DNA of 63,922 bases, the filler included, from Piptocephalis cylindrospora (lineage: Eukaryota): assembly GCA_003614145.1 (NCBI GenBank). It is 19 parts of 19 records of this genome, joined end to end, with 100 filler letters (N's around TTAATTAATTAA, not from the genome) between each part and the next. Parts side by side here need not be neighbours in the genome. Positions count along the whole stretch, not along the records: positions 24,126 to 27,416 come from KZ988705.1; positions 27,517 to 30,787 come from KZ988706.1; positions 30,888 to 34,146 come from KZ988707.1; positions 34,247 to 37,490 come from KZ988708.1; positions 37,591 to 40,833 come from KZ988709.1; 14 more parts are not named here. One strand, 5' to 3'. The translations under genes were made by a program, and so were the position numbers. The stretch's first letter is position 1. Each line of letters starts with the position of its first letter. The notes beneath the pieces were generated by a model. The model was not told the origin of the DNA. It searched no databases and saw nothing but the letters and a program-made list of their open reading frames with translations. Shown one piece after another: positions 26,346 to 38,098 of the stretch.

Positions 26346-27290
26346 ATGATCGAAACTCAACCTAGTGGCGAACTTCAAATCAGACCCGTGGCTGGGAGAA
26401 ATTTGGCCGAACCTTTCACTTTACTGGCCTTGAGCGGGAAACAAAACGTTTTCCTTGAAATCCACGTTGATCACCTCAAGCAATTCACCAAGATCCACAA
26501 GGATGCTGGTCGTAGCCCCTCCTGGTCTGAGACCCTGCGTTTCCGCGTCAAGGACCCTCCGCCCTCTTCTTCCCCCGCCGCTGCATCAGCGTTTGCTCCG
26601 ACCCTACGGGTCCGCGCCTTGACTGAGGGCCTGGCTGATAACCGAGTCATTGGCGAGGCGAGCATGGACCTACGTAAGGTCCTCCTCGACCAATCCTCCG
26701 ACTCCTGGATCGAACTTAAAGAGAGCGGCAAGTATGCTGGAGACATCTACCTTGAGCTGACCTATGTCCCCTCGGGATCTGTCTCCACTAGCGTGTCCCC
26801 TTCCGCCGGTGGAGCCTCCAGTCCTATTCCTTCGATCCCAGAAACCTCGTCCCAGTCAAGCACACTGTCCCCCGGTACAGCAGCCGTATACCCCCCGACC
26901 TCCTCGGCTCAGCCCTCCCCTTCTGCCTCGACCACCTCCTTGTCCTCTCGTCCCCACAGTAACACCATCTCTTCTGGGGTCTACCCTCCTCCCAACGCCC
27001 ATTCCTCCTCCAGGCCCCACAGTAGTACCATCTCCGCGGTCTATCCCCCTTCAGCCTCCCGTCCCCATAGTAGTACCATCTCCTCCCCGGGGATCTTTCT
27101 CCCCACCACATCCTCTTCCTCCTCTCCAGGAATCTATCCTCCAACCACATCATCCTCCTCCTCCTCTCCCGCCTCCCGCCCTCATAGTAGCACCATCTCT
27201 CCTGGGGTTTACCCCCCACCCAAGGCTTCTCCCCCCAATTCCCGACCGGAACCGTACCTCCCCCTTTGCCTTCACCGGCAACAAGTTTGA
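26346..27290 (+). CDS. C2-domain protein with Ser/Pro-rich tail (Inn1/Fic1-like); 3' end probably chimeric
   Basis: [13 protein letters not shown]...KQNVFLEI...[13 protein letters not shown]...IGEASMDL...[22 protein letters not shown]. Confidence 0.8.
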   Translation: MIETQPSGELQIRPVAGRNLAEPFTLLALSGKQNVFLEIHVDHLKQFTKIHKDAGRSPSWSETLRFRVKDPPPSSSPAAASAFAPTLRVRALTEGLADNRVIGEASMDLRKVLLDQSSDSWIELKESGKYAGDIYLELTYVPSGSVSTSVSPSAGGASSPIPSIPETSSQSSTLSPGTAAVYPPTSSAQPSPSASTTSLSSRPHSNTISSGVYPPPNAHSSSRPHSSTISAVYPPSASRPHSSTISSPGIFLPTTSSSSSPGIYPPTTSSSSSSPASRPHSSTISPGVYPPPKASPPNSRPEPYLPLCLHRQQV

Positions 27291-27416
27291 GTTCCGTGCC
27301 GTCGGCTCCAAGCAATCCCCCTCTTTCCCCATGACCCTCCTCAACGCCGCTGCCGCCTGGGCCATCCGTGAGGTCACCGGTGCCCTCCAGACCGAGGCCG
27401 CCAAGGGAGGTCGCGA
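27244..27416 (+). other. Internal fragment of a type III glutamine synthetase, out of frame with the C2 gene
   Basis: [22 protein letters not shown] is the GS-III signature. Confidence 0.88.
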
Positions 27417-27516
27417 NNNNNNNNNNNNNNNNNNNNNNNNNNNNNNNNNNNNNNNNNNNNTTAATTAATTAANNNNNNNNNNNNNNNNNNNNNNNNNNNN
27501 NNNNNNNNNNNNNNNN

Positions 27517-27713
27517 TATTCCCCCGTACCCACACCTTCTGCACAGTCTCGGTAAAAGGACCTGGGTCCGATGGTCACGGTCTTTGTCACAGGGCCATTG
27601 TCAATAATTCCGCTACTAGCAGTCGCCGCGTTGGAAGTTTGATTTGCAGGTGCAGCCATGGTACTACCCGCCAAGGCCAGGGCGAGGGAAAGGGGAAGCT
27701 GAGATAAACGCAT
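27517..27713 (-). CDS. Secreted protein, N-terminal part
   Basis: Signal peptide MRLSQLPLSLALALAGSTMA|AP; TATA-like sequence near 27855; runs off the contig. Confidence 0.6.
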
Positions 27714-30488
27714 GGTAAGAAAGAGTGTGTTGTCAGAAAATTCGACCGGCGAATTGTGATTGGGAAGGGGGGATAGGCACAGAGTAGAGGAAAGGGGGTA
27801 AGAGAGGCGGGGGGGGAAGGGATGGGGAAGGAGGAGGGGGCTTTTGATGGGGTTATAAATACTATATTTGCCAAAGGATAGGGGAAGAAATACTCTAGCT
27901 CATTCCAAAACCTGCTACAATCCCTCCGAGATGGTCATTAGGGGGATAACACGAATCAGGAGGCAGGAATAGGAGGTGAAAGCTGCGCTGGCTAAGAGCG
28001 AGGAGGAACTAGCGGAGTTTCCGTGCTATTGCGGATCTGCCTGTGAACAGGGTCGTGTTTCGTGCTTGAGAGTCATGCATTGGCCTAGTGTCGGGGACTT
28101 CTTGTCAATCTGACCCTTCTCCTTGGCGTGGCTGTCCAGTCATGACCCAAGTTTCTTTAAAAGGGGAGCAATATATGGGAAGATCAAGTGAGTTCATGGT
28201 TAGGAGCATACGGTATAGCCTTTAGATTTCTACCTTTAAGCTAGCACAATGATATACAAAGATGCGCTGCGCCAAACAATAACTCCATTGGTGCCTAGAT
28301 CCGCTCAAACTCTAAACCGACCCGTGACACCTTTATCCGACTCCTATGGCCTGGCTAAAAACCGAGTCATTACGGGGAAGCAACGGGATAATAAGGAGCC
28401 GGACCAGCATACCAGCTGAGTACGTTGACCTAGCTAGCAATGTAGAAAGGATGAAACGAACAAAATGGGCTAGCTGCAATACAGGTTAGCCTTGGGGGCA
28501 GATACTATTGTGTGAACAATAGGCGGTGTTTGAGCCTTAGCTCTTCTCCAAACAGTGTCATATAAACAGAGATTGATCTACTCGCGAATAGGGATCGATT
28601 CACGCTCGCGGACTAGACGACTCATCTATGTAGAAAAGGAGTATATCCCTGTGGTAGGTGGTGCGGAGGGGAAGTCTGTACACACCAATAAGGCGCACTT
28701 GATACCATCAGGATTGCCACACCGCTCTATTCAAGGAGACATGCAATGGACAGGGCGTTTCAGATGAGAGAAAGAGGGCAAGATCCTCAGACTGGCCGTG
28801 AACTTGCCACACCAATCCTTCGCTTGAGGAACACTGAGTAGAGAAGGGAGGTGTTGAGCAGCAATGCCAAGCACTGCACAGATGTATGCTGTATAGCTGA
28901 TTTGATACGTCCTTCTCCTTAACAGCGAGATCCGTCTTCCATAGCTGGAGGGTCGGGATAGTGTGCTATTCAATTTTGTTGGTGTGTAATTGTATACACC
29001 CCACAGACTTGGCCTTGACATTTTTCCCTTCATCTAATTTAGGATGAGGATGAGCAATTTGGCCTTGAAGCGGAGCCAAAGGATATTCAATCCAGGAGTC
29101 CTTTCCTGGACACTCGACACGGACAAGTTCAGACCACAGGGGCTTTCAAGATTATTTATTCGTAGATGCACCCAAGGACCTGTACCTAAGTAGGATGAGG
29201 GTGGTTTTAAGCGAACTAAGCACTGATGCTTGGCAGTCATCCATCAGGGGCCTTGGCACCTTCGTCCACACAGGCCAGAGTCCTTGTCTGTCAAGGCGGT
29301 ATGCTCGAGTTGTTTCAAGTCTCGCGGATCAGTCGACATCTCTTTCCTACATGCAATCATTCCGTTAGCGCACATCCCCGAGGCGTCAGCGCAACATGTT
29401 CCTCCCATTCTCTGTCATAAATTCGTCCGACAGCTCAAAGTAGCGGATACGCCCTTGGGGCGCAAGGTCGCTGATCCTTCCCCCCTCTTGCCGTACATGC
29501 ATCTTCTTGGCCCGTCTCCTTTATCGGGCAAAGGCAAGAGCACCGGGCATATCTCATCCTTTCCTTCTTCATGTCAGATGAGGCCTTGTGTCCTCTTTAG
29601 GATGGGATCTGATTCCCCTTCAATCTAGAGTACCCTAGTATCAGCTCATCAAGGCAGTGCGTGTGACATTCATGGGGCTAAATAAGTGAGTAGAGTAGTG
29701 TAGGAGGTATCCTGCACGTGCAATCTGCAAACCAGCGTGTCAGAGTTCCAGAGAAGAAAGAATAGATGACGAACCAAGCGTTGGTCACAATAGCCAAGAG
29801 ACCCAAAGAGGAGCCAAGATGAGCTTATTCTCCATCCCTCCACACCTCCTCTTCAAAGCGATACGGACCGCGCCCCATAGAGTAAGAAAAAAATGGAGAG
29901 CTGCACCGTGAATCTTCACGGGAGGGAAGGGCCCATTCAAGACCCTAGCGATGTATCCCGGACTTGTCCGACTACAGCCATCCCCGTACACCCCGGCCTT
30001 CATGGGGAAGGGTCAAAGGGGAGGGTCGTCGATGAGACACTCACGTATGCATCGTACATCTATATTGTTGGGGTGAGGGATGATCCACGTTGTACTTCGC
30101 TTATCCTCTCGCTTTCCGTTCAATGCACCTCTCCCCTGCCAGCCATGTCCTTGACAGTCCGTCCTGTCCCGTCCCCTTTCTGTTCTTTTCCAAATTAGGT
30201 CAAAATCCCCCTTTTTACACACATCGATATCATCGTCCCTTCACCTACCATTCCTCACCCACCCTCCGTTCCTCATCGACCTGCCCGGTACTCCGACTGC
30301 AGGCACGCGTGTGCTCCTTGGCCTTCCCCTCCCCTCCCTCCCTCCCAGATAAGTGGGCGCCAAGGGTGTACGGGGACGGTTGTGTGAGTGTGTGCCAAAT
30401 CAGAGGTGTCCTCGCATAGATGGGGAGAATCAAAAGGTCAGATACAACGAGTACCGCAGGATAAGTCAAGCGGAGCTGGCATTATTGG

Positions 30489-30703
30489 ATGAGTGAAAAG
30501 CGCGTCATTCGTCCCACTTTCTTCCCCCCCCCTCCCCCCCCTACTCCATCTGCCCTATTCGGCCAGATCCATCGCCCCCAGCACTCTGCCCCTGCCATCA
30601 CTAGGCCCCAGAACGTCCCATCGGACACAATGGGAAGCGGAGACGTGCACCATTCATTCGGAGTCAGGAGGCCATGGTCACCGCATGTTGATGCACAGCT
30701 CCT

Positions 30704-30734
<31 letters not shown>

Positions 30735-30787
30735 CCCCCACCCCCACCCCCCCCCCCCCACCACCCCCACCCACCCCCCCCCCCCAC
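30489..30787 (+). CDS. Possible start of a proline-rich protein running into a poly-C contig end
   Basis: Open frame MSEKRVIRPTFFPPPP...; the 3' part is low-complexity and unreliable. Confidence 0.3.
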
Positions 30788-30887
30788 NNNNNNNNNNNNN
30801 NNNNNNNNNNNNNNNNNNNNNNNNNNNNNNNTTAATTAATTAANNNNNNNNNNNNNNNNNNNNNNNNNNNNNNNNNNNNNNNNNNNN

Positions 30888-32497
30888 CCCCCTCTGCGCA
30901 AAGCACGAGCCAGCAGAAACCCCGGATGGAGCAGCTCATGGCCCGAGTAAACAGTAATCCCTTGTTGCAAAAACTGGGCCAATCCGATTCTACAAGCCAA
31001 GCAGGCCCCAGGCCTACCGGAGGCCTCAACATTCAACAGCATCCTCTACTGGCCCAGGCCATGTCCAAGACCGCGTCCCCAAACACCTCGGTACCGAAAG
31101 CCAATTTTGCCACGGTTAAGGTATTGCTATTTTTTTATTCGTGCATCCCTCCCTCTCGCTCACACTCAGGCACTTATAGGCAAATCAAAGACCAGTAGCT
31201 CAGGAAATCAAACCCGTGAATAAGGACCAGATCGTGGCAGATACCATTGCTTCCTCCCACTTTGACCCGACGCTGGCCACGGTCATGCCAAGGGAGAGGA
31301 AGAGAAGGGACTTTCACTTTGCCCGGCCGGGCCGATTCATGGAGGAGGCCGATCGTCAGAGGAAGGAGGCCAAGCTGGAGGAGCTTCGAGCCAAGATCCA
31401 GGCGCAATCCGAAAGGACTGGGGTAGATGGGGCTGTGGGGATGGACATGGTGGCTGATACTCTGATCCGGCCCGAGGAGCCTCCAGAGATGGAGTGGTGG
31501 GACCAGCATATCCTCCCTCCCTCCCCCTCCTCCTCCCCTCCTACCTACGAGGCATGGGCCGAGGGAAAATATGATGGGGTCATCCAAACTGAGGATTCTC
31601 CCATTACCCTGTACATCCAGCACCCGGTTCCTGTACACGTTTCCGCTCACCCTGGGTCTGCGGCAGCTCTCAAACCTAAACCCGTCCGCCTGACCAAACG
31701 AGAGACGAAGAAGCTTCGGAGGCAGCGGAGGGCTGAGCTCCAAAAGGAAAAGCAGGAGAAGATCCGCCTTGGTCTCCTGCCCCCCGAGGCCCCCAGGGTC
31801 AAATTGGGCAACCTCATGCGTGTCCTTGGGGATCAAGCCGTCCAGGATCCCACTCGATTGGAGGCCCGAGTCCGTAGGGAGGCGAAGCGTCGGGCCGATG
31901 AGCACCTTCAACGGAACGAGGACCGAAAATTGACTGCTGAGCAAAAGAAGGAAAAGAAACTGGAGAAGCTCAAGGAGGACTCGGCCATGGCCGTCCTTTC
32001 CAATGTTTACAAGTCAGTATCTTTGTTCTTAGGATGAAAACGTGCTTGAGTCTAATCTCACTGATCCACACATCCCCTCTGGCCTTAGAATTAAATCATT
32101 AACCCATCCAAAACACAAGTTCAAGGTAGAAGCCAATGCTCAGCAGCTAGGAATGACCGGGGTTGTCATTCAAAATCCACTTTTTGCCCTGGTCATCGTC
32201 GAGGGAGGGCCTAAGGCCATCAAGGCCTACAAAAAACTCATGCTCCGGAGAATCGCATGGAGTGACCCAGTGGATGGCGAGGAGGAGGATGAGGGAATGC
32301 GCGATTCTGGGCCCAATCAATGTGCCTTGGTCTGGGAGGGCCAGCTAACCCGACGATTGTTCCGCCACTTCCGCTTCCATCTCTGCCCCACCGATGCCAT
32401 TGCTCGGGAACGACTAGGAGAAAAGGCCATACATTACTGGGACCTTGCCAAGAGTACTTCATTTTCTGACGGCGCACCCACCACTTCCCTTCCCTGA
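30888..32497 (+). CDS. PRP3: U4/U6 snRNP protein Prp3 (5'-partial, 3 exons visible)
   Basis: PEMEWWD, ITLYIQHPVP, LTKRETKKLRRQRR, KIRLGLLPP, VQDPT, KFKVEANAQQL, VEGGPKAIKAYKKLMLRRIAW. Introns 31121-31179 and about 32013-32088. Confidence 0.96.
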
Positions 32498-32643
32498 TTA
32501 TTCTGAAGGGGGAAGATGCGCTGGGTGAATGAAGAGGGGATGACTCCCAATGACCTTTCCTTAACAATAATATCATGTTTCCATGCCCATTGCATCTCCC
32601 TTGAAGTATACTCCACTCCTCCTTCCTCATCTACACTACACAA

Positions 32644-33624
32644 TTAAATAGTATCTTTAAGCCCGGCAATATCAGTATCCTCATCCTCTTTGGTACACTC
32701 TGCCTCATTCAGTGAAGCGGGATCATTGGATGGAGTATGGTTAAGGGCACCCAAAGGATCGAGAAGGGGAGAGGATGTGATAGGGCCATGGGGTGGAGGA
32801 GGGGTATCCAGGGAATCCTTGGTGGAGGAGGGATGTCCTTCCCCGATGGATAGGTGACTGTCGAAAAGGCCCTCCTCTCCTGTAGGATACCCACTGTCGA
32901 CCCTGGGGGAGAGGTGGATGGGGGATCGTCTACCCTTTCCCTCTCCTTCCGCCGATGGGATTGGGGATATGGGTCGGAAGGATCGAACCGAGGCTCCATC
33001 CTCCCCTCCTCCAGGATACCGACAAAACGCGGTGAATCGTGGATCCACATTAATCTCGGGCAATGGGAGTCTCCTTTCCTCGCTTGGTATGCTCCCCTCC
33101 TCCCCATGCAATAAGGAAGAACCTCCAGTGGGGCCCACCTCCATCTCCTATGGGATAATCAATCGACAGTGTCCTTCTCTCCCCAATCGTAAGCATATAT
33201 TCACACTAGGGAGGCTTACCTCGGTCACGGGCAAAAGACGGTCCACATGGGCAGGATCCATCATGACTGCCTGGCCCTGCTCGTCGGCCGCAGAGGCATA
33301 GAGGAAACTGGCGTCCTGAAGGGAGTCGTCGGCGCTGATGGAAGGCCTTCGAAAGAAGGGCTTCCCGGAGAGAAGAAAGTCCTGTTTCATGGAAAAGGCT
33401 GAGTGGGAAGATGCTGGAGAGGCGTTGGCGTTGGCCGAGAGTAGCCGTTCAAAGCCCACGTCCCCCTCGGCCCCGGCTACGTCAATGTACAAACGACGCT
33501 GCTGGGCAAAATCCCTTCCCTCCCCGTTACTCTCTTCGTCTTCCAATGGTAAGGCAATCCTACCCTCAGTGGAGCAGAGACCAAAGGGGTCCCAAACGTG
33601 TTGACAGCAAAGTTGATTTCCCAT
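32644..33624 (-). CDS. Hypothetical protein with dual-acylation N-terminus, 2 exons
   Basis: Starts MGNQLCC; intron 33219-33148 joins the two ORFs in frame. Confidence 0.7.
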
Positions 33625-34360
33625 AATGAGGGTGCGAGAGAAGGGTGCGTGGGAGAGAGAAAGGGAAAAAGAGAGGTAGGGAGAGGGGGGTGAAGCGAGA
33701 GGGAGGATAGAGTATACAAAGAGTAACTTGAATGGCTGAGAGGAGGAGTGTGGGACAAAGGCGGGGATGAGGGCGATGGTGAGAGTCAAAGGGACAGATG
33801 CTTTGCCAGGAGATGGGTGAGGAAGGGATTGGAAGCAGGGGGCTTATTTCCTGTATGGGAGGGACGAGGCGCTTGAACCCATGCTTAGTGAATGAGCACA
33901 GATGGCCAATGCACCATGAATTACAAATTAACATCTGGGGGGAGGATTTTAAGGCATGAAAGGAGGAGCACGACCGTGCTTACTCCGCTCAGGATAAAGC
34001 AGAAATATTAAAAAAAGGGAGAAAAAGGGAAAAAAAAAAAAAAAAAAGATCTTTTTCTCGTTTTAGGAACTGCTACACATTCCCTCCCCCTCCCTTCTTT
34101 CTCTTTCCTCTTCTTCTTTTTTTTTTTTTTTTTTTTTTCTTTTTGTNNNNNNNNNNNNNNNNNNNNNNNNNNNNNNNNNNNNNNNNNNNNTTAATTAATT
34201 AANNNNNNNNNNNNNNNNNNNNNNNNNNNNNNNNNNNNNNNNNNNNTGAAGTTAGGGTAAATGGAGTGTACTTTGTGGCTTCTGTGGGCCCAGAGGGCAT
34301 AAAAGCTGGCCTTTAGATTGTCGTACTGTACCAATCGGGAAAATTCGGCATAGGAGTGTA

Positions 34361-34415
34361 AATCTAGTATGAAATTTGAGAAAAAAAGCAAAAAAGGAGG
34401 CAAATGAACCGACTT
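34361..34415. repeat. Left copy of a perfect 55-bp inverted repeat (partner 37436-37490)
   Basis: aatctagtatgaaatttgag...caaatgaaccgactt is the exact reverse complement of the last 55 nt of the same contig. Confidence 0.95.
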
Positions 34416-35382
34416 GAGCGCTCCCCTTTCCTAGGTCTTCCATCATCTCTTGACACATCTTTTGACCTATGTCTCTCCCCAGAACGATCTCGTTTCACCC
34501 TTCTCCTGCCCTCATCATCTTCATCCCTATCTCGGGAACGATGCCTCCTCCTCTTTCTTCTCTCATCCTCATTCCTATCTCGAGAATGATGCCTCCTCTT
34601 ATGACCTTCATCTCTGGAACGATACACTCTACCCCTCCTCAATTCCTCTGCATCCTTCTCTCCGTCTTCATAGGTACTAGTCCTTTTCTTTTTTCTTCCA
34701 TCATCCTCCCTTGGTAATCTATGCGCCTCATCCTGCCTGGAAGGCCTTGCCCTAAAGCCCGAAGAAGATCTCATACCATCGGCAATACTAGGACCATCCC
34801 CGGTGGTAACAGGAGCAATAGTGCTGATGAAGCGACGGGATTCTCTAAAACCTAGACCCTTGCTCTTCTCCGCCTCCGCCGTCTTGTCCTCATAAATGAC
34901 CCCTCCTCCTTCAATCTCCCCCCCTCCTTCCATGCCTTTGCCGATGACGCGACGCAGCTCTCCATCACTAATCTGGCCATTGGCGCCCGTGCCTAGACCT
35001 CTGGGTTTTGGCTTAATCCCCAGAGCTTCAGAAAGAAGATCGGCTTCCTGTTGTTTTAGTGCCTCGATCTCCTTTTTCCTCTCATCCTCTATACCTCCTC
35101 CCTCTCTTTCATCATTGGCTGTTTTGATCCCCTTGGAGTACCAGTTGATATCCTTGCCTACAGAGCCAAAATGTAGATCGAGTGAGTGAGTTAAATCGGG
35201 TGAGCTAGAATCTGCCCCGCATGATCCTTCCCCCTGCACCTACCGTTCTGCCAACGGCCAACTGGCGCAAGAACCGAGTGACCCAAGTAGTTCTCTCGAT
35301 GCTTGTCCTCCTTGACGCTCTCCCAGGAAAACTGATCCCTACCACCTCGGACTCCCGATCGGTCGTATCCGTCCTTTGGCAT
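34364..35382 (-). CDS. MMTAG2: MMTAG2/C1orf35-like protein, 2 exons; C-terminus suspect
   Basis: [66 protein letters not shown]-rich tail. Confidence 0.9.
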
Positions 35383-35815
35383 ATGGATCGTCAGTAAGGT
35401 TTGCTGAGATTGGCGTAGCTAGGAGATCCTGAAGAGATAGGGTAAAGATGTGAGAAGAAGAGAATAATGTCGAAGGATAATGTGAAAGAAAGAAAGCCAC
35501 TCAACATTGACATTAAGCCAATATTCCTGATCCCATGTTAAGTGTTTACACTGGGGCCCAAGGGCAAGCACACAGTCGTGTCAAATGTGTGCTACTGACC
35601 CTAACCTCCTCTCATCTTAACCTCCTCCCATCTTACTCTGTACGAAGGAGAATATACGCGCACATCTATCTGCACTATGGTACAGCCGTCCAGAGTATGG
35701 TGGTACTTTTTTAGACCAGGCCACACTACTGGCCTCGGATCTCTTTTGCCTTGTGCACTGCTTCTACCTCATCTTCCTAGCCCCATCTCTCCCATCCACT
35801 CGTCTTTTCGGTGCA

Positions 35816-36142
35816 ATGTCGGCCTCTGCATTCCTCCAACTTCTCCCTCGACCCACCCTTGCTGGGATGCTGTGGCCCAGGACCACTGTCCTGAACCGCC
35901 CCTCCTTGGCCTCCCTTCTATGGGATGGGCTCCTACGCGCCGTGCCCAAGAGCAGGACGTCACACTCGAAGAAACGGATGCGCGCGTCCAATAAAGGCCT
36001 CAAGGACCGAAAAGACCTTACCACCTGCCCCGGATGTGGCCGGTCAAAGCGGATGCATCACCTGTGTCGGTGGTGCTTACGCGATGTTCGGGATAAGGTT
36101 CTAGGGCGACAAAATTTTGATCCCTCCCCCAAGTCATCGTAG
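35816..36142 (+). CDS. MRPL32: Mitochondrial ribosomal protein bL32m
   Basis: Presequence, then LLRAVPKSRTSHSKKRMR, CPGCG...HHLCRWC. Confidence 0.93.
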   Translation: MSASAFLQLLPRPTLAGMLWPRTTVLNRPSLASLLWDGLLRAVPKSRTSHSKKRMRASNKGLKDRKDLTTCPGCGRSKRMHHLCRWCLRDVRDKVLGRQNFDPSPKSS

Positions 36143-36308
36143 ATTTGCCTCTGGTGGAGATGGGAGAATAGATACGTTGATACCAAAGAAGAAATGTATT
36201 GATTCAAAGGGTGGTGCGTGTGTATGTCGATATCCATCACCTCTTCCCCTCTCCCTCTCCCCCATCCTTCAAAACCAGACTCCTAGCCATCGTCATGGCA
36301 TTGGACCC

Positions 36309-37241
36309 TCATGGCTTCCTAGAGTTCACTTGAGGAAGTGACGTCTTCCCATAAACCCTCCAGGGGGTGTTATCATTGGACATCTTCTCAAACACTACAT
36401 ATTCTTCAATGGCTTGGGGCTTGTTGGGATCTCCATTGATCAACCTGTCGTACTCATCATACAAGGCAACGCTCTAGGAAGGGATGGGGGTACGTGTCAA
36501 TAAGGATGGATCTTGACTACTCGATCATGCCCTATCTCGTATAGTATTAGTGCACTCACCTGTTTGGTATGCAGCCGAACCACAATCTGGAACAAGAGTA
36601 GTTTATCGGCCAGGCTTCCAATGTAGGCAGCCATGATCCTTGGAGGTGTTACTTCCTCATGCATGGTCCAGACCAGTCGGCCCTTGGGTCGTCGCTTGAT
36701 CTCATTCTTGAGCCTCGAGTACTGGGAATTTCCACAGACGTATCGAAGGGTAGCGAGGTCTCCCTCGGCAAAGGATGTGTTCATGGCCTTGTAGATTTCC
36801 TTGGCATCATACCGGAACTTGGAGGGGGAGAACCCATCCTTTCGCTCCTCCCACCTAGCATATGCGAGGCTAAAAAGAAGGGAGGGTAAGTGTATCGAAA
36901 GAATACTAAGAAGCCGTAGACTCACTCGACCAGACTTACGCAAGAGTACTATGCATCCAGCCTTTCCATTCCCGAATGCTAGATCGGAAACCAGAGGCCG
37001 TCCAGAGGGGCGGTCTCTGTGACCTCGGGGTGGGTAGCCAGGTGCTCATGAGACCTTGGTCTAAGGGAACTAGGGGGGATGACCTCTGCGATGCGTAGGC
37101 GCGTACCCCTTCAGCTCTGTCTCCTCGGCTCAGGGCAAGGGTCCGGTGACTCACTGGGATGGAGACCTGAGAAAGGAGGGGAAACGTGCCCAGTCCCTTC
37201 TTGACGGGAAGGGCCCGCGTGTGTCTGCAAAGATGAAGCAT
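36309..37241 (-). CDS. Tim44-like domain protein (mL45/Mba1-like), 3 exons
   Basis: Mitochondrial presequence; AKEIYKAMNTSFAEGD; QIVVRLHTKQ|SVALYD; EEYVVFEK; PWRVYGK. Confidence 0.82.
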
Positions 37242-37435
37242 ACCCAAGGGAGATGGAGTGGCAGTCGGCCTGGGGAAGGGGAGGAGGAGAGATGCGGTCA
37301 GGAAAGAGATGCGAGATGGGAGAAGAGCATGGCGACTGAGGCCTTTCGCGTCTTTATCTTGACCAAGGACCACACAAGAATGGCTGCTTCCGAGGAGGGA
37401 AGGACCTGGACCCCAAGAAGCATTGAGCAAGTTCA

Positions 37436-37490
37436 AAGTCGGTTCATTTGCCTCCTTTTTTGCTTTTTTTCTCAAATTTCATACTAGATT
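37436..37490. repeat. Right copy of the 55-bp inverted repeat, at contig end
   Basis: Reverse complement of 34361-34415. Confidence 0.95.
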
Positions 37491-37590
37491 NNNNNNNNNN
37501 NNNNNNNNNNNNNNNNNNNNNNNNNNNNNNNNNNTTAATTAATTAANNNNNNNNNNNNNNNNNNNNNNNNNNNNNNNNNNNNNNNNNNNN

Positions 37591-37645
<55 letters not shown>
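37591..37645. repeat. (AC)n microsatellite at contig start
   Basis: Directly visible. Confidence 0.95.
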
Positions 37646-37647
<2 letters not shown>

Positions 37648-38098
37648 TCACGCCTCTCACTCACTTCTCCGATGTCAGCCTTGTCCCCTCCTCCCCCCCC
37701 TCCATCACCACCTCCACCACCCCTTTAAAGCTAGCCAGAGTCCCCCTCTCCCTTGCCCTCCCCCCTCCCCTCACTTTACCTTTCAGGCCACTCTCTCTCC
37801 TCTCCTTTCTTCCTTCATCCCTCTCTCCCCTCCTCATCCTTCCAGAGCGCCATCATCACCACACCCAGAAGTTGCTTCCTGTGGTCCTTTCTTTTTTCTT
37901 TCCTCGTCACTTCCTTCCCCTCTGTCATCCGCCTACTTCGAACGTCCACCTTCCCCCCCCTCCCCCTTCTCCTCCTCCTCTTCCTTCTCCTCCCTTGCGT
38001 GCCTGCTTTCTCTTTCCCACCACCATCCTCTGGAGTAAGACCCCTCTCATCCCCCTCCCACCTACAGGAATCCCCTCTCACCTTCTCTCCCTACTAGA

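Noticed and set aside
28180..28191. AAGATCAAGTG resembling U2 snRNA
   Set aside because: The GTAGTA branch-pairing sequence and the U2 5' stem are absent.
34250..34260. TTAGGG near a contig end as a telomere
   Set aside because: Single copy only.
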